This document shows positions 19,478-28,431 of a stretch of 35,832 bases of DNA, one piece after another. Every line of letters starts with the position of its first letter. The stretch's first letter is position 1. Origin of the DNA: Candidatus Heimdallarchaeota archaeon (GTDB lineage: Archaea > Asgardarchaeota > Heimdallarchaeia > Heimdallarchaeales > Heimdallarchaeaceae). The DNA is taken from the NCBI GenBank assembly GCA_021399345.1, contig JAAFKI010000196.1:1-35832 (forward strand), written 5' to 3'. Below the pieces are notes generated by a model. That model did no database searches, had not been told where the DNA came from, and saw only the letters and a list, made by a program, of their open reading frames with translations. The position numbers were made by a program, and so were the translations under genes.

Positions 19478-20145
19478 TTTTCAAGAAAATATTTCATCAG
19501 AATTAGATCATCTTGATAGGTGATTTTACTATTGAAACCTTTAACATCAACAGTTTTCACCTTGTGGCCAAAATAATTCACAAGAGAAGCATCATCATAT
19601 ATTTCAGGGATATCCAGATTTTGATCTATTCTTTTTTTGTGACATTCTAGAAGTATTTCGTAATCAAAAGTTTCAGGTGTAAGAGAGAGCTTAACATTTT
19701 TTCTTGGAATTATTCGTGAATGAAAACCATCATCTGTTGATTCAATCAAATTATCAGTAATCTCTACAATTGTATCAATAGCTCCATATTCATTTGTCTT
19801 TATCAAATTGATATGCTCATTAACTAAATCTGTGTTTACAAGGGGACGTACTGCATCATGAATCATTACAAACTTTGTGTTTTCAGGAAGGTTTGTTAAG
19901 CCATTAAAAACTGAATCTCGTCTCTTTTCTCCACCAACAACCACATTATCAACATCGAATTTCTTGCAGTGGTCAATATAGTCTTTATTTGTTACAATTG
20001 AAATATAACCTATATCTTTGCACTTTCTGAAAACTTCAATTGAAATTTCTATTATTTCTTTATCATTTATTTTCAGAAATTGTTTAGGTATTGTTGTTCC
20101 ATATCGGTTACCTACACCAGCAGCTAGAATTATAACAGCAATCAA
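19474..20145 (-). CDS. IspD/TarI-family cytidylyltransferase
   Basis: [10 protein letters not shown]...[33 protein letters not shown] and KITYQDDL motifs. Confidence 0.88.
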   Translation of the reverse strand: MIAVIILAAGVGNRYGTTIPKQFLKINDKEIIEISIEVFRKCKDIGYISIVTNKDYIDHCKKFDVDNVVVGGEKRRDSVFNGLTNLPENTKFVMIHDAVRPLVNTDLVNEHINLIKTNEYGAIDTIVEITDNLIESTDDGFHSRIIPRKNVKLSLTPETFDYEILLECHKKRIDQNLDIPEIYDDASLVNYFGHKVKTVDVKGFNSKITYQDDLILMKYFLEN

Positions 20146-20284
20146 GTTAGTGTCCCTTCATATTTATTGATGTAAATCCAATTATTCAGTATTTAAGTAT
20201 AGCCATCTTTAATTGTGAAAAACAAAATCTGATAGTTTAAATATGTGTTTTTTTTTATCTAAACAAACATAAGTGTGATATCAA

Positions 20285-20710
20285 ATGGGTAAATTCTGGG
20301 ATTTTGTAGGAAAACAATTAGCAAGATTGAGATTTGGTGTAACTTACATACAAATGATATATTACGCTTCAGTAATACTAGGAGCTCTAGTTCTTGTTAC
20401 TAACAATATTTTTGGAGAAGGAGTAATTGGATGGTTAGATTCAATTCTCATCATACTCGGTATTTTTATTTTTGAATGGGTTTTGGGGTTCTATACTGAA
20501 AGAAAAGGTGTTGTCAAAAAGGATCTTTACCAAACAATTATACAGAACATACCTGGACAATTAAAGCTAAACAAGGAAGTATGGGAAGCTGTCCAGATTC
20601 CGATGATAGAAGAAATGGCTGAAAGAGTCCTTAGCAAGACACTTGAACAATTCAAAAACGACATTATTGAAGAGCTTAAACAAGCACCAAAAAAGAAAGG
20701 AAGTAAATAA
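20285..20710 (+). CDS. Hypothetical 2-TM membrane protein, tandem copy A
   Basis: Two hydrophobic segments and a helical charged tail; near-identical to the next gene. Confidence 0.85.
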   Translation: MGKFWDFVGKQLARLRFGVTYIQMIYYASVILGALVLVTNNIFGEGVIGWLDSILIILGIFIFEWVLGFYTERKGVVKKDLYQTIIQNIPGQLKLNKEVWEAVQIPMIEEMAERVLSKTLEQFKNDIIEELKQAPKKKGSK

Positions 20711-20742
20711 TTAGTATCCACGAAAAAGAAGTGAAATAACAC

Positions 20743-21162
20743 ATGGGAAACTTTTGGGATTTTGTAGGAAAGCAGTTAGCAAGATTAAGATTTGGAGTTA
20801 CGTATATTCAAATGATATATTATGCTTCAGTAATCCTTGGAGCGATAGTATTAATTGTTGATAATATTATTGGAGAAGGAGTAATAGGTTGGGAGATATC
20901 AATTGGAATTATAGCAGGAATCTTTGTTCTTGAATGGGTTTTAGGATTCTATACTGAAAGAAAGGGTGTTATCAAAAAAGATCTCTACCAAACAATCTCA
21001 CAGAATATACCTGGACAATTAAAGCTAAATGAAGAAGTATGGGGAGCTGTACAGATTCCCATGATAGAAGAAATGGCTGAAAGAGTTCTTAGTAAGACAC
21101 TTGAACAATTCAAAAACGACATTATTAAAGAACTTAAACAATCTAACGAGACTAAAAAATAG
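20743..21162 (+). CDS. Hypothetical 2-TM membrane protein, tandem copy B
   Basis: About 17 substitutions over the first 133 aa relative to copy A (hand alignment). Confidence 0.85.
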   Translation: MGNFWDFVGKQLARLRFGVTYIQMIYYASVILGAIVLIVDNIIGEGVIGWEISIGIIAGIFVLEWVLGFYTERKGVIKKDLYQTISQNIPGQLKLNEEVWGAVQIPMIEEMAERVLSKTLEQFKNDIIKELKQSNETKK

Positions 21163-21168
21163 AGAAAA

Positions 21169-22425
21169 TTACATTTTTTCTATTTTGAGTTCTTTTTTCA
21201 ACATTGAATCTAAAAGAATTTTAAGAAGCAAGGTTATCATCGACAAATAAAAAAGTAATACTATAATCCATGCAAAAGAAATTAAGAATATATTCTCCGT
21301 GGTTCCCTTTATTAATAGATTAGCCATCTCTCCACTTATCATACTAGTAATTAGAACGGTTAAGCTAATCCATCTTTCAAACCTTTTCTTAAATATAGAA
21401 ATGAAAAGAAACGGATACATCAAAACAACAAAAGAAAACTGAATTTTTGGATAGAATAAAAGAAAAACCATGAATAAAACGTTCACTAGTTGATAATTCC
21501 AGTTTTCTTTCTTGAAGAAGAAATATAAGCTAAATCCTGCTAAAAGGAGAAAAGTTACTATCACAAATACATAGCTATACTCATCAAAATTGATAGCCGA
21601 AGAAGTTTGTAAAACTGAAAGAATGCCTTGATTCCCATCATGAGCAATCTTGTTGTCAAACTGAGCTAGAAATCCTGCAGGATCAACGAAATAGAAAGGT
21701 AAATACACCGCAACAATACCAAGTAAGAGAATAACTGATTGGATGATTCTTTGCTTCCAATTTTCTGAGTATATCCATATTAAAGGAGCTAAGAAAATTG
21801 GAACGTATTTTAATCCAGCTCCAAGAATTATAATTATTGTTGCCAGATAACTCTTCTTCTTTTCAAATAAATAGATGGGTAAAAGAATCAACAATGGTAA
21901 AATGCTTTCATCTGAGCCCCAAAAAGAAACAAGATACAAGAAAAAGGGATTGATTGCAAATGTTAAGGAAATCCAGAAAGAATGCTTATTCTTTTTCAGT
22001 TCTAATAATTTATACAAAACAACAGCAGCTGCAATTAAACAAATTACAAAAAAAGTTCTAAATACATAGGATGAAAACATCATACTTGCTGAATCAGTAT
22101 AATTGGCAGAAGTCAGCAAATCAGGTGAATAATCATTTGTAAAAATCATTGAGATGAGTATTAATGGAGCCCATAAGTAAGAACTTAGAGGTGCCGCTTT
22201 AGTATAGAAATCTCTATAGGGTAACAATCCGTAAAGAACGCCTTTACCCCTATTGTAGAATACTACTTGATCTGCGATGATCACTTGATAAGAAGGGTCA
22301 ATATAGCTTACGTATAGGGCATGGAAAACCAGAGTAAGTGAATAAATAATAATACTAATAAGGATGATTTTTTGTATTTTGGTCATTCTTATCTTTCTTA
22401 ATCCAGTACTTTTCTTGTTTTCCAT
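21169..22425 (-). CDS. GT-C fold integral membrane glycosyltransferase (GT87/DUF2029-like)
   Basis: D..VFY...G.LPYRDF...PL, INPF, GSDE and GLKYVP motifs; many TM helices. Confidence 0.72.
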   Translation of the reverse strand: MENKKSTGLRKIRMTKIQKIILISIIIYSLTLVFHALYVSYIDPSYQVIIADQVVFYNRGKGVLYGLLPYRDFYTKAAPLSSYLWAPLILISMIFTNDYSPDLLTSANYTDSASMMFSSYVFRTFFVICLIAAAVVLYKLLELKKNKHSFWISLTFAINPFFLYLVSFWGSDESILPLLILLPIYLFEKKKSYLATIIIILGAGLKYVPIFLAPLIWIYSENWKQRIIQSVILLLGIVAVYLPFYFVDPAGFLAQFDNKIAHDGNQGILSVLQTSSAINFDEYSYVFVIVTFLLLAGFSLYFFFKKENWNYQLVNVLFMVFLLFYPKIQFSFVVLMYPFLFISIFKKRFERWISLTVLITSMISGEMANLLIKGTTENIFLISFAWIIVLLFYLSMITLLLKILLDSMLKKELKIEKM

Positions 22426-22493
22426 TTTCTTTCCACTCTTACTTCAGAAGGGAAAAACTCAAAAGAAGCCAAGTTTCTATATTGTTGTTTGAA

Positions 22494-24437
22494 ATGGTTT
22501 CTAACACTGAATCTTTTAGTATCCGTTCTAGTTTCTCAAAATGGGCACCGCTTATATCAACCTTACTATTGACCGGTATAACCTATGGTGTGCAGCGTAC
22601 ATCTCTTGCTCTCTATGTAATTGATTTATCTGGTTCAAATATCATGAATATCTTGATTTTTCTCCAGATTTCCTCAACACTAATCACTTATGGTTTGTTC
22701 AAAGGTATTGCTGGTTTCTTTAGTTCTCGTATTAGTTCAAGAATAAAGAGAAAAAATACCATGAGAATAGGGCTAGGACTTCTAGTTATAGGTTCTGTCT
22801 CAATTTTCCTAGCGAAATATATCAATCTGACAGGACTAATATTGGGTAACGTGTTTATTGGTGCTGGGTTAGGATTGTTCTTTACAGCTTCGATGTCAGC
22901 TTTAACCGAAATAGCTGGTGCAGAAGGAAGCGCTTTCTCGGTAGGATCTATGGAATTTTCTGTGTATCTAGGATCCAGTATAGGTTCATTTTTTGCTGGT
23001 TTAATTGTGCAGAATCAAGGAAATAACTTTGCAGCAAGTTTCACATTTGCTCTCATTGTTGCAGGTGTTGCTGTTGTTATTGGCATTTTATTACTCCGTA
23101 ATGTTGAAACACAAGAATTGGTCGAAGGTACAAAGGAAGAAATCCTCTTAGATTCTACAAAAGTGGAAACTAAATGGAGTTTAAGAAACATAGTCAAAAC
23201 TCCCACTTTATTATTATCATATTTGGCAGGTCATTTTTCCAGAATAATGGATAGTCTTATTGTTCTCCTACTCCCTATACTTGTTTCGTCAAGTTATGGT
23301 TTTACCGCAACACAAGTGGGTTTAGTTACTGCTGGTTTCACTTTAGCTTGGGCTATTTCCATGCCTTTTACAGGAAAACTAAGTGATCGTTTTGGAAGAA
23401 AAGGATTAATAGTAATAGGATTAGTTACCGAAGGTCTTGCATTAGTTTTGATAACAATTACAAAAGAACCTATTTACGTGATTTCATTGGCAATTGCTGC
23501 CGGAATAGGCACAGCTATCTACTACCCAAGCTTGCCTTCTATAACAAGAGATGTTGTTCCGATAATTAAGAGAGAGCAAAGCTTTGGCCTTTACAGAGCT
23601 TCCTTAGATTCAGGATATTTTACAGGTCCACTCATTGCAATGGGTTTAGCATTTTCAGCTACTAAATTGAATCTTTGGAGCGATACTCAGCTTGAAAATC
23701 AGCTCAAGTTCCCATTTTTGGTTATAGGTATTTCGTTGGGTGTTCTAGCTCTATTGTTTCTATTTCTTGCCATGGAAACTAGACCTGGTTGGGTTCAAGC
23801 ATCAATTAGCCTTAAACATGGCAACAAGGTAAAAGATGTGTATATGAAAATGAATCAAGCTTTAGAAGCTTATATCGATAATAAGGAAATTGATTGTTGT
23901 ACAGACATACTCTCAGATGCTAAAGAACTCGAAAGAGATGCCGATAAACTTGTTTTTAGAGTAACTCAAGCATTATACGGTCAAGTTAGACCAGCTCCAG
24001 ATGATTATCATTTCTATAAAATCACTGACATTCTAGATACATCTATTGGCTTCACTTTAAGGTCTATGAGGAAGTTATTAATGATTCCAAGACAAAATTT
24101 GCCTGAGAAATTTGTTGAGTATTTGAAAATAGAATGCGAACTACTTGTAAAAATGATTACAAAAACAGTCGATGCTCTAGAAGTTGTATGTATTCAACCT
24201 CTATCATCTCATCCAATATTTGAGGAAGTACATAATTTAGAAAAAGAATTAGATTTGAACAGTCAAGAAGGATTAGCTTCAGTTACCAAAGATTCAGGAA
24301 AACTTAATCCTGTAGAAACACTCTATGTTATTCAAATAATTGAATCTCTAGAGCAATCTGCTAATCATATTGAAGATGCTGTAGACGTTATGAAGATTGT
24401 TGGACTGAAATATCAGGTAAGACCTCTTGTGATTTAA
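22494..24437 (+). CDS. MFS transporter fused to a C-terminal DUF47/PhoU-like domain
   Basis: MFS motif A GKLSDRFGRK and about 12 TMs; C-terminal KELERDADKL...ITDILD and VHNLEKELD...LEQSANHIEDAVD. ATG 22494 preferred over TTG 22482. Confidence 0.8.
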   Translation: MVSNTESFSIRSSFSKWAPLISTLLLTGITYGVQRTSLALYVIDLSGSNIMNILIFLQISSTLITYGLFKGIAGFFSSRISSRIKRKNTMRIGLGLLVIGSVSIFLAKYINLTGLILGNVFIGAGLGLFFTASMSALTEIAGAEGSAFSVGSMEFSVYLGSSIGSFFAGLIVQNQGNNFAASFTFALIVAGVAVVIGILLLRNVETQELVEGTKEEILLDSTKVETKWSLRNIVKTPTLLLSYLAGHFSRIMDSLIVLLLPILVSSSYGFTATQVGLVTAGFTLAWAISMPFTGKLSDRFGRKGLIVIGLVTEGLALVLITITKEPIYVISLAIAAGIGTAIYYPSLPSITRDVVPIIKREQSFGLYRASLDSGYFTGPLIAMGLAFSATKLNLWSDTQLENQLKFPFLVIGISLGVLALLFLFLAMETRPGWVQASISLKHGNKVKDVYMKMNQALEAYIDNKEIDCCTDILSDAKELERDADKLVFRVTQALYGQVRPAPDDYHFYKITDILDTSIGFTLRSMRKLLMIPRQNLPEKFVEYLKIECELLVKMITKTVDALEVVCIQPLSSHPIFEEVHNLEKELDLNSQEGLASVTKDSGKLNPVETLYVIQIIESLEQSANHIEDAVDVMKIVGLKYQVRPLVI

Positions 24438-24481
24438 GAGAAGGAGTTAAACTAAAAAGCGAGTATTGTACTTCACTCTTA

Positions 24482-26359
24482 ATGAAGAAATCAAATCTGA
24501 TTTTGAAAGCAGCAATATTGGTCATTTTTGTAGCATCATTTAACTCCATTAATTCATTTACATCTGTGGCTGTTAATGTGGATTCAATCAATTTACCTGA
24601 TTATAGTCTGGATACAGATTTGACTCTTTACATCAACTTCTTTGGATATGATAATGACATATTAAATTTGACTGAAATAGAAAGTATGTTAAGTTCAGAG
24701 TTTAATGATGGAAATCAAGAAATAGGCTCTTCGACAATCAGTTTTGATTTTGTCTTTTCATTTGCTACAGAAACAGATTATAATCAGCTTGAAGACTACA
24801 TAAATTCCATAAAATTATATGGAACAGGAGTAGGTTATTCGTTAAATGTTTCCCAATTAATTGATGATCTTGCTACAGGTGATAGAAATGATATCCTCAT
24901 TCCTGAAAATGGATCAGTTATAGATGCAAGACTTGTAGAGAATTATCTGTACGAAAATTTCTACGAAGTAAATATAGAAAATCCAGGTTATACAATGTTT
25001 CTTTTTAATTTCACTAGTTTAGATTCACTAGTAGATAATCAAGATCACTGGTATAAGGTTGTGGAAACAGGATTTGATTCTAACATCACAATAGACTACT
25101 GGTTCTCAGGCTATAGTGATATTCCATTTGTTCCAACCTTAGGATTGGGGGGTTCAGAAAGATTCTGTTTCTTAGATCTATCAGCAAGAACTTGGTATTA
25201 TGATTGGCTATTTACAGCATGGGGATTTCCAACAGGAGATTACTCATATTATACTTATCCTGATTTGGATACACTCGCTCAAAATGTTAGCTTATATGGT
25301 TCTGAAGGAAAAACTGTACTTTCTACTTATCTAGCAGACTATATCAACTCATATCTAGGGAATGTTTTTTCAGCTTATTATGGAGTAAGCCCTATAGGTA
25401 AATCGTACTCTATGCAAGTTAAAGTATTCAATAATCTAACAGAAGCTGGTTATACATTAGATGAATTGAACTGGGTAATTTCTAAAGCTAGAATCTTTAA
25501 TCAGTTAGAAAATGATTTTCCTTGGATTGATTGGATCATAGATGTTCAATATGTTAACCTAATAGATTACCCTAGTATATCTTCATGGATATCCTCAAAC
25601 CTTCAACAAGACCAAGATGGAGATTACATAGAGGTAGCAAATGGGTTCTACCAATTACTTGAAACTCAATTACCTATTCATTTTGATTACACTGCAGCAG
25701 ATAGCATTTTACCTGCCTACTTCTTCTTAACTGATGATATTCAATTCAGGTGGTATGGAACAGCTTTTGCTGGTCTAGGTGGAATGGGCTGGGAACTCTT
25801 AGTTAATGATCAATATAGTATGTTCGAAAATGGAGTTTCTTCACTTCCTCGAAGAGGTATGTCTGCTGTAATGATTCATGAACTTGGACATAGTCTTGGA
25901 ATGCCTCACCCTCATGGAGGCACTTATGGCTGGGGCTCCTCTTTTATAGAAGATGTTATGAACTATTTTTCAATAGGAGAAAGTAGCTTCAGTTCATTTT
26001 ACAAAGATGGATTAGCAAGGGCTCATAATAATTACTGGTATAGTTTAGCTTCTGGTGAAATGGATGCAGCATTTTTGAAATACATTGATGCTGGTTCCAT
26101 TAATGAATTATTAGTGATGGTAAATGATATCTATATTTTACTAGGATCTGCAGCTAATGATTACCAAGATATGAATTATACTCTTTCAATCGAAAAAGCA
26201 CAATTAGCTAGAACTGAAATTGAAACCTTAGTTTACTATATTGATAATCCTGATCAGATCCCCACAACTCCAACAAATCGAACAGCGTCATATGCAAGCT
26301 TACTAGTTTTTGCATCAATTATAATAAGTTCCATATTAGTAAAGAGAAAAAGAAAATAA
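24482..26359 (+). CDS. Secreted, C-terminally anchored zinc metalloprotease (metzincin)
   Basis: Signal peptide, HELGHSLGMPH (HExxHxxGxxH), Met-turn DVMNY, and PTTPT + TM + KRKRK tail. Confidence 0.8.
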   Translation: MKKSNLILKAAILVIFVASFNSINSFTSVAVNVDSINLPDYSLDTDLTLYINFFGYDNDILNLTEIESMLSSEFNDGNQEIGSSTISFDFVFSFATETDYNQLEDYINSIKLYGTGVGYSLNVSQLIDDLATGDRNDILIPENGSVIDARLVENYLYENFYEVNIENPGYTMFLFNFTSLDSLVDNQDHWYKVVETGFDSNITIDYWFSGYSDIPFVPTLGLGGSERFCFLDLSARTWYYDWLFTAWGFPTGDYSYYTYPDLDTLAQNVSLYGSEGKTVLSTYLADYINSYLGNVFSAYYGVSPIGKSYSMQVKVFNNLTEAGYTLDELNWVISKARIFNQLENDFPWIDWIIDVQYVNLIDYPSISSWISSNLQQDQDGDYIEVANGFYQLLETQLPIHFDYTAADSILPAYFFLTDDIQFRWYGTAFAGLGGMGWELLVNDQYSMFENGVSSLPRRGMSAVMIHELGHSLGMPHPHGGTYGWGSSFIEDVMNYFSIGESSFSSFYKDGLARAHNNYWYSLASGEMDAAFLKYIDAGSINELLVMVNDIYILLGSAANDYQDMNYTLSIEKAQLARTEIETLVYYIDNPDQIPTTPTNRTASYASLLVFASIIISSILVKRKRK

Positions 26360-26371
26360 TCCTCTTCTTTA

Positions 26372-28402
26372 TTACTTATCTAATGTGAATGGAGATGCAT
26401 CAAAAATTGATTCAACGAGTGGTTGAAACTCTTCCTGCTTAACTATTTCTTTATTCATTCTTTGCTTAATTTGACTCACTGCTTCTTTTAGGAATTTTCT
26501 GACCTGCAATCTACTTTCAAAAGTTTCATTTTCAGCAACTAAAACAGCCATAATATTATCCTGTTGTTCTATAATAACAGCTCTACCTTGATGAGTAATA
26601 CTTCTCAAAGTTTCTACTCCCTTTCCTAAAACTTCTTCTGAGAAATTAATAATGGCAGTTATTAATCCAGATATTAAAAGATCATCAATTTTTTCCTTCT
26701 CTGAAAAATTATAAGAGTAATAAGGAAGACCGCCTTCATCTATAACAAGTAGAAGGTACATTATAATTGGTATTCTTTTGTGTGTTCCAAAAGAATATTT
26801 CATAATTCTACTAAATAATCTTCTTGAACCCCTTAATTCTTGTAATAGAGCATTCTTATCTTCTAAACCTATTGTTAACTCATCTATCCTATCATCAAGT
26901 TTGTTTTTTTCTGCAAAATCAACACCTATTTTCAACGTCTTGTCGGCTTCTGCTTCCATATTCCGATATTGATAATATCCAGCTTTTGTTATAATTGCAT
27001 CAACAAAAATCAAATGTTTTAGTTCTTCTGTAACACCTAGAAGATTATCGATGAAATAAAGAAACTGAGTTGCAAATTTGTTATTTTCTGTTATTCTAAA
27101 CATTTCAAAATAACTATCAGCTAATGCTGCATATGTGTATAAGATTCCTTCAAAAATCATTTGATTTTCAAAGAATTCCAATGCATGTTCAAAGAAACCA
27201 ACAGCAGTAGTCAAATCAACATTCTTCTGATGATACAGACCTTTGTAGAAATAATAGTAAGGCATTGAATTAAAATCGAATTGTTCTTCAGCTAATTGTA
27301 AACCAAACTCTAGACTTTCACCTTTATCATCTTCTTTTAGGAAGTTTATGTAACCATAAACAATCTCAATCATAGGAAAGAGAAAACCATGTTCCTTGTT
27401 GAGATTATGAGCTTTTGTATAATATTCATCAGCTTTGACAAGTTCGTCATTTAACAGGTAAATATTCCCCATTCTCTCGAAGATTTCTATCTGGATTGGG
27501 GTGGAAATTTCAGTTTTTTCCAAAAGGGCTTGATAAATCTCTAAGGCTTTATCTTGTTCACCCTTCATTTTATTCATCTCAGCAGAATTAAGTTCAAGAA
27601 TAGTTTGAAGTCTTTCTGAACCTATTTTCAACGCATAATTCTTTCCTTTTTCAAAATTTTCTTCTGCCTTTTGCAAATCGTATTCCTTCAGGGAGATAGA
27701 GATCAACAAATTGTATAAAGAACTCAACATTCCAAAATTCTCATAGTTTTGAGCTCGTTTTATTGCACTATCTATCCAGAGTTCTTTAAGAGTTTCATCT
27801 GCTAGAGCGTAAGCAAAGTTAACAAGATCGGTAAGCAAAGCATCCAGAATAAATGGAAATTGACTTGCTAAATCATCAATTTCTATAAGATAACGTAGAA
27901 GCTCATTTAATGCTTTATAACCAATTTCTGGTCGTTTCTGAGTTCTTGCTGAAAATTCATCTATAGAAAGAATAACAAACTCCTTTTGTTTCAGCTCCGA
28001 GATGTTTTCTGTTAGTTCAAGAATGCTATCGCGGGTTCTTTCAAATTCATCAATTAAAAATAAATCTCTCAATGAAAGAAGGTAACAAGATTGGATAGAA
28101 AGATTCGACAAATCTATTTTTCCTTTAAATCTATTGTAAATGTATAGATTAGTTTCATAATCTTTGCTCCAATAACACATCAATAGAGCTGATAACAATA
28201 TGAATTGATTTTTAACTTCGAATTTTGATACTTTCAGGTTTTTGAGATGTTCTACAAGTAATTTTCTAATCTTTGCTTGGTTGCTTTCACCTTCAAGAAT
28301 TTGGTTTAAATATTCAAAAAATTCCTCTTCAAAATCAGAAATGTACAATTGTAACTCATTTAATACAAAAGTAGGCAAATATTCTGACATTTCACTCATC
28401 AA
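26372..28402 (-). CDS. TPR protein with C-terminal longin-like domain (triplet copy 3)
   Basis: TPR-like helices; C-terminal LLVIDEGGLPYYSYNF...DDLLISGLITAIINFSEEVL...RSITHQGRAVIIE. Confidence 0.8.
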   Translation of the reverse strand: MMSEMSEYLPTFVLNELQLYISDFEEEFFEYLNQILEGESNQAKIRKLLVEHLKNLKVSKFEVKNQFILLSALLMCYWSKDYETNLYIYNRFKGKIDLSNLSIQSCYLLSLRDLFLIDEFERTRDSILELTENISELKQKEFVILSIDEFSARTQKRPEIGYKALNELLRYLIEIDDLASQFPFILDALLTDLVNFAYALADETLKELWIDSAIKRAQNYENFGMLSSLYNLLISISLKEYDLQKAEENFEKGKNYALKIGSERLQTILELNSAEMNKMKGEQDKALEIYQALLEKTEISTPIQIEIFERMGNIYLLNDELVKADEYYTKAHNLNKEHGFLFPMIEIVYGYINFLKEDDKGESLEFGLQLAEEQFDFNSMPYYYFYKGLYHQKNVDLTTAVGFFEHALEFFENQMIFEGILYTYAALADSYFEMFRITENNKFATQFLYFIDNLLGVTEELKHLIFVDAIITKAGYYQYRNMEAEADKTLKIGVDFAEKNKLDDRIDELTIGLEDKNALLQELRGSRRLFSRIMKYSFGTHKRIPIIMYLLLVIDEGGLPYYSYNFSEKEKIDDLLISGLITAIINFSEEVLGKGVETLRSITHQGRAVIIEQQDNIMAVLVAENETFESRLQVRKFLKEAVSQIKQRMNKEIVKQEEFQPLVESIFDASPFTLDK

Positions 28403-28431
28403 AGATTGATAGGTATAGGTTCTGTATGCAT

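Noticed and set aside
19474-20145. MEP-pathway ispD assignment
   Set aside because: Archaeal context and an adjacent TagF-like gene favour a CDP-polyol role, so no symbol was given.
20285-21162. Holin/prophage interpretation of the tandem 2-TM proteins
   Set aside because: No viral hallmark genes or integrase in the window.
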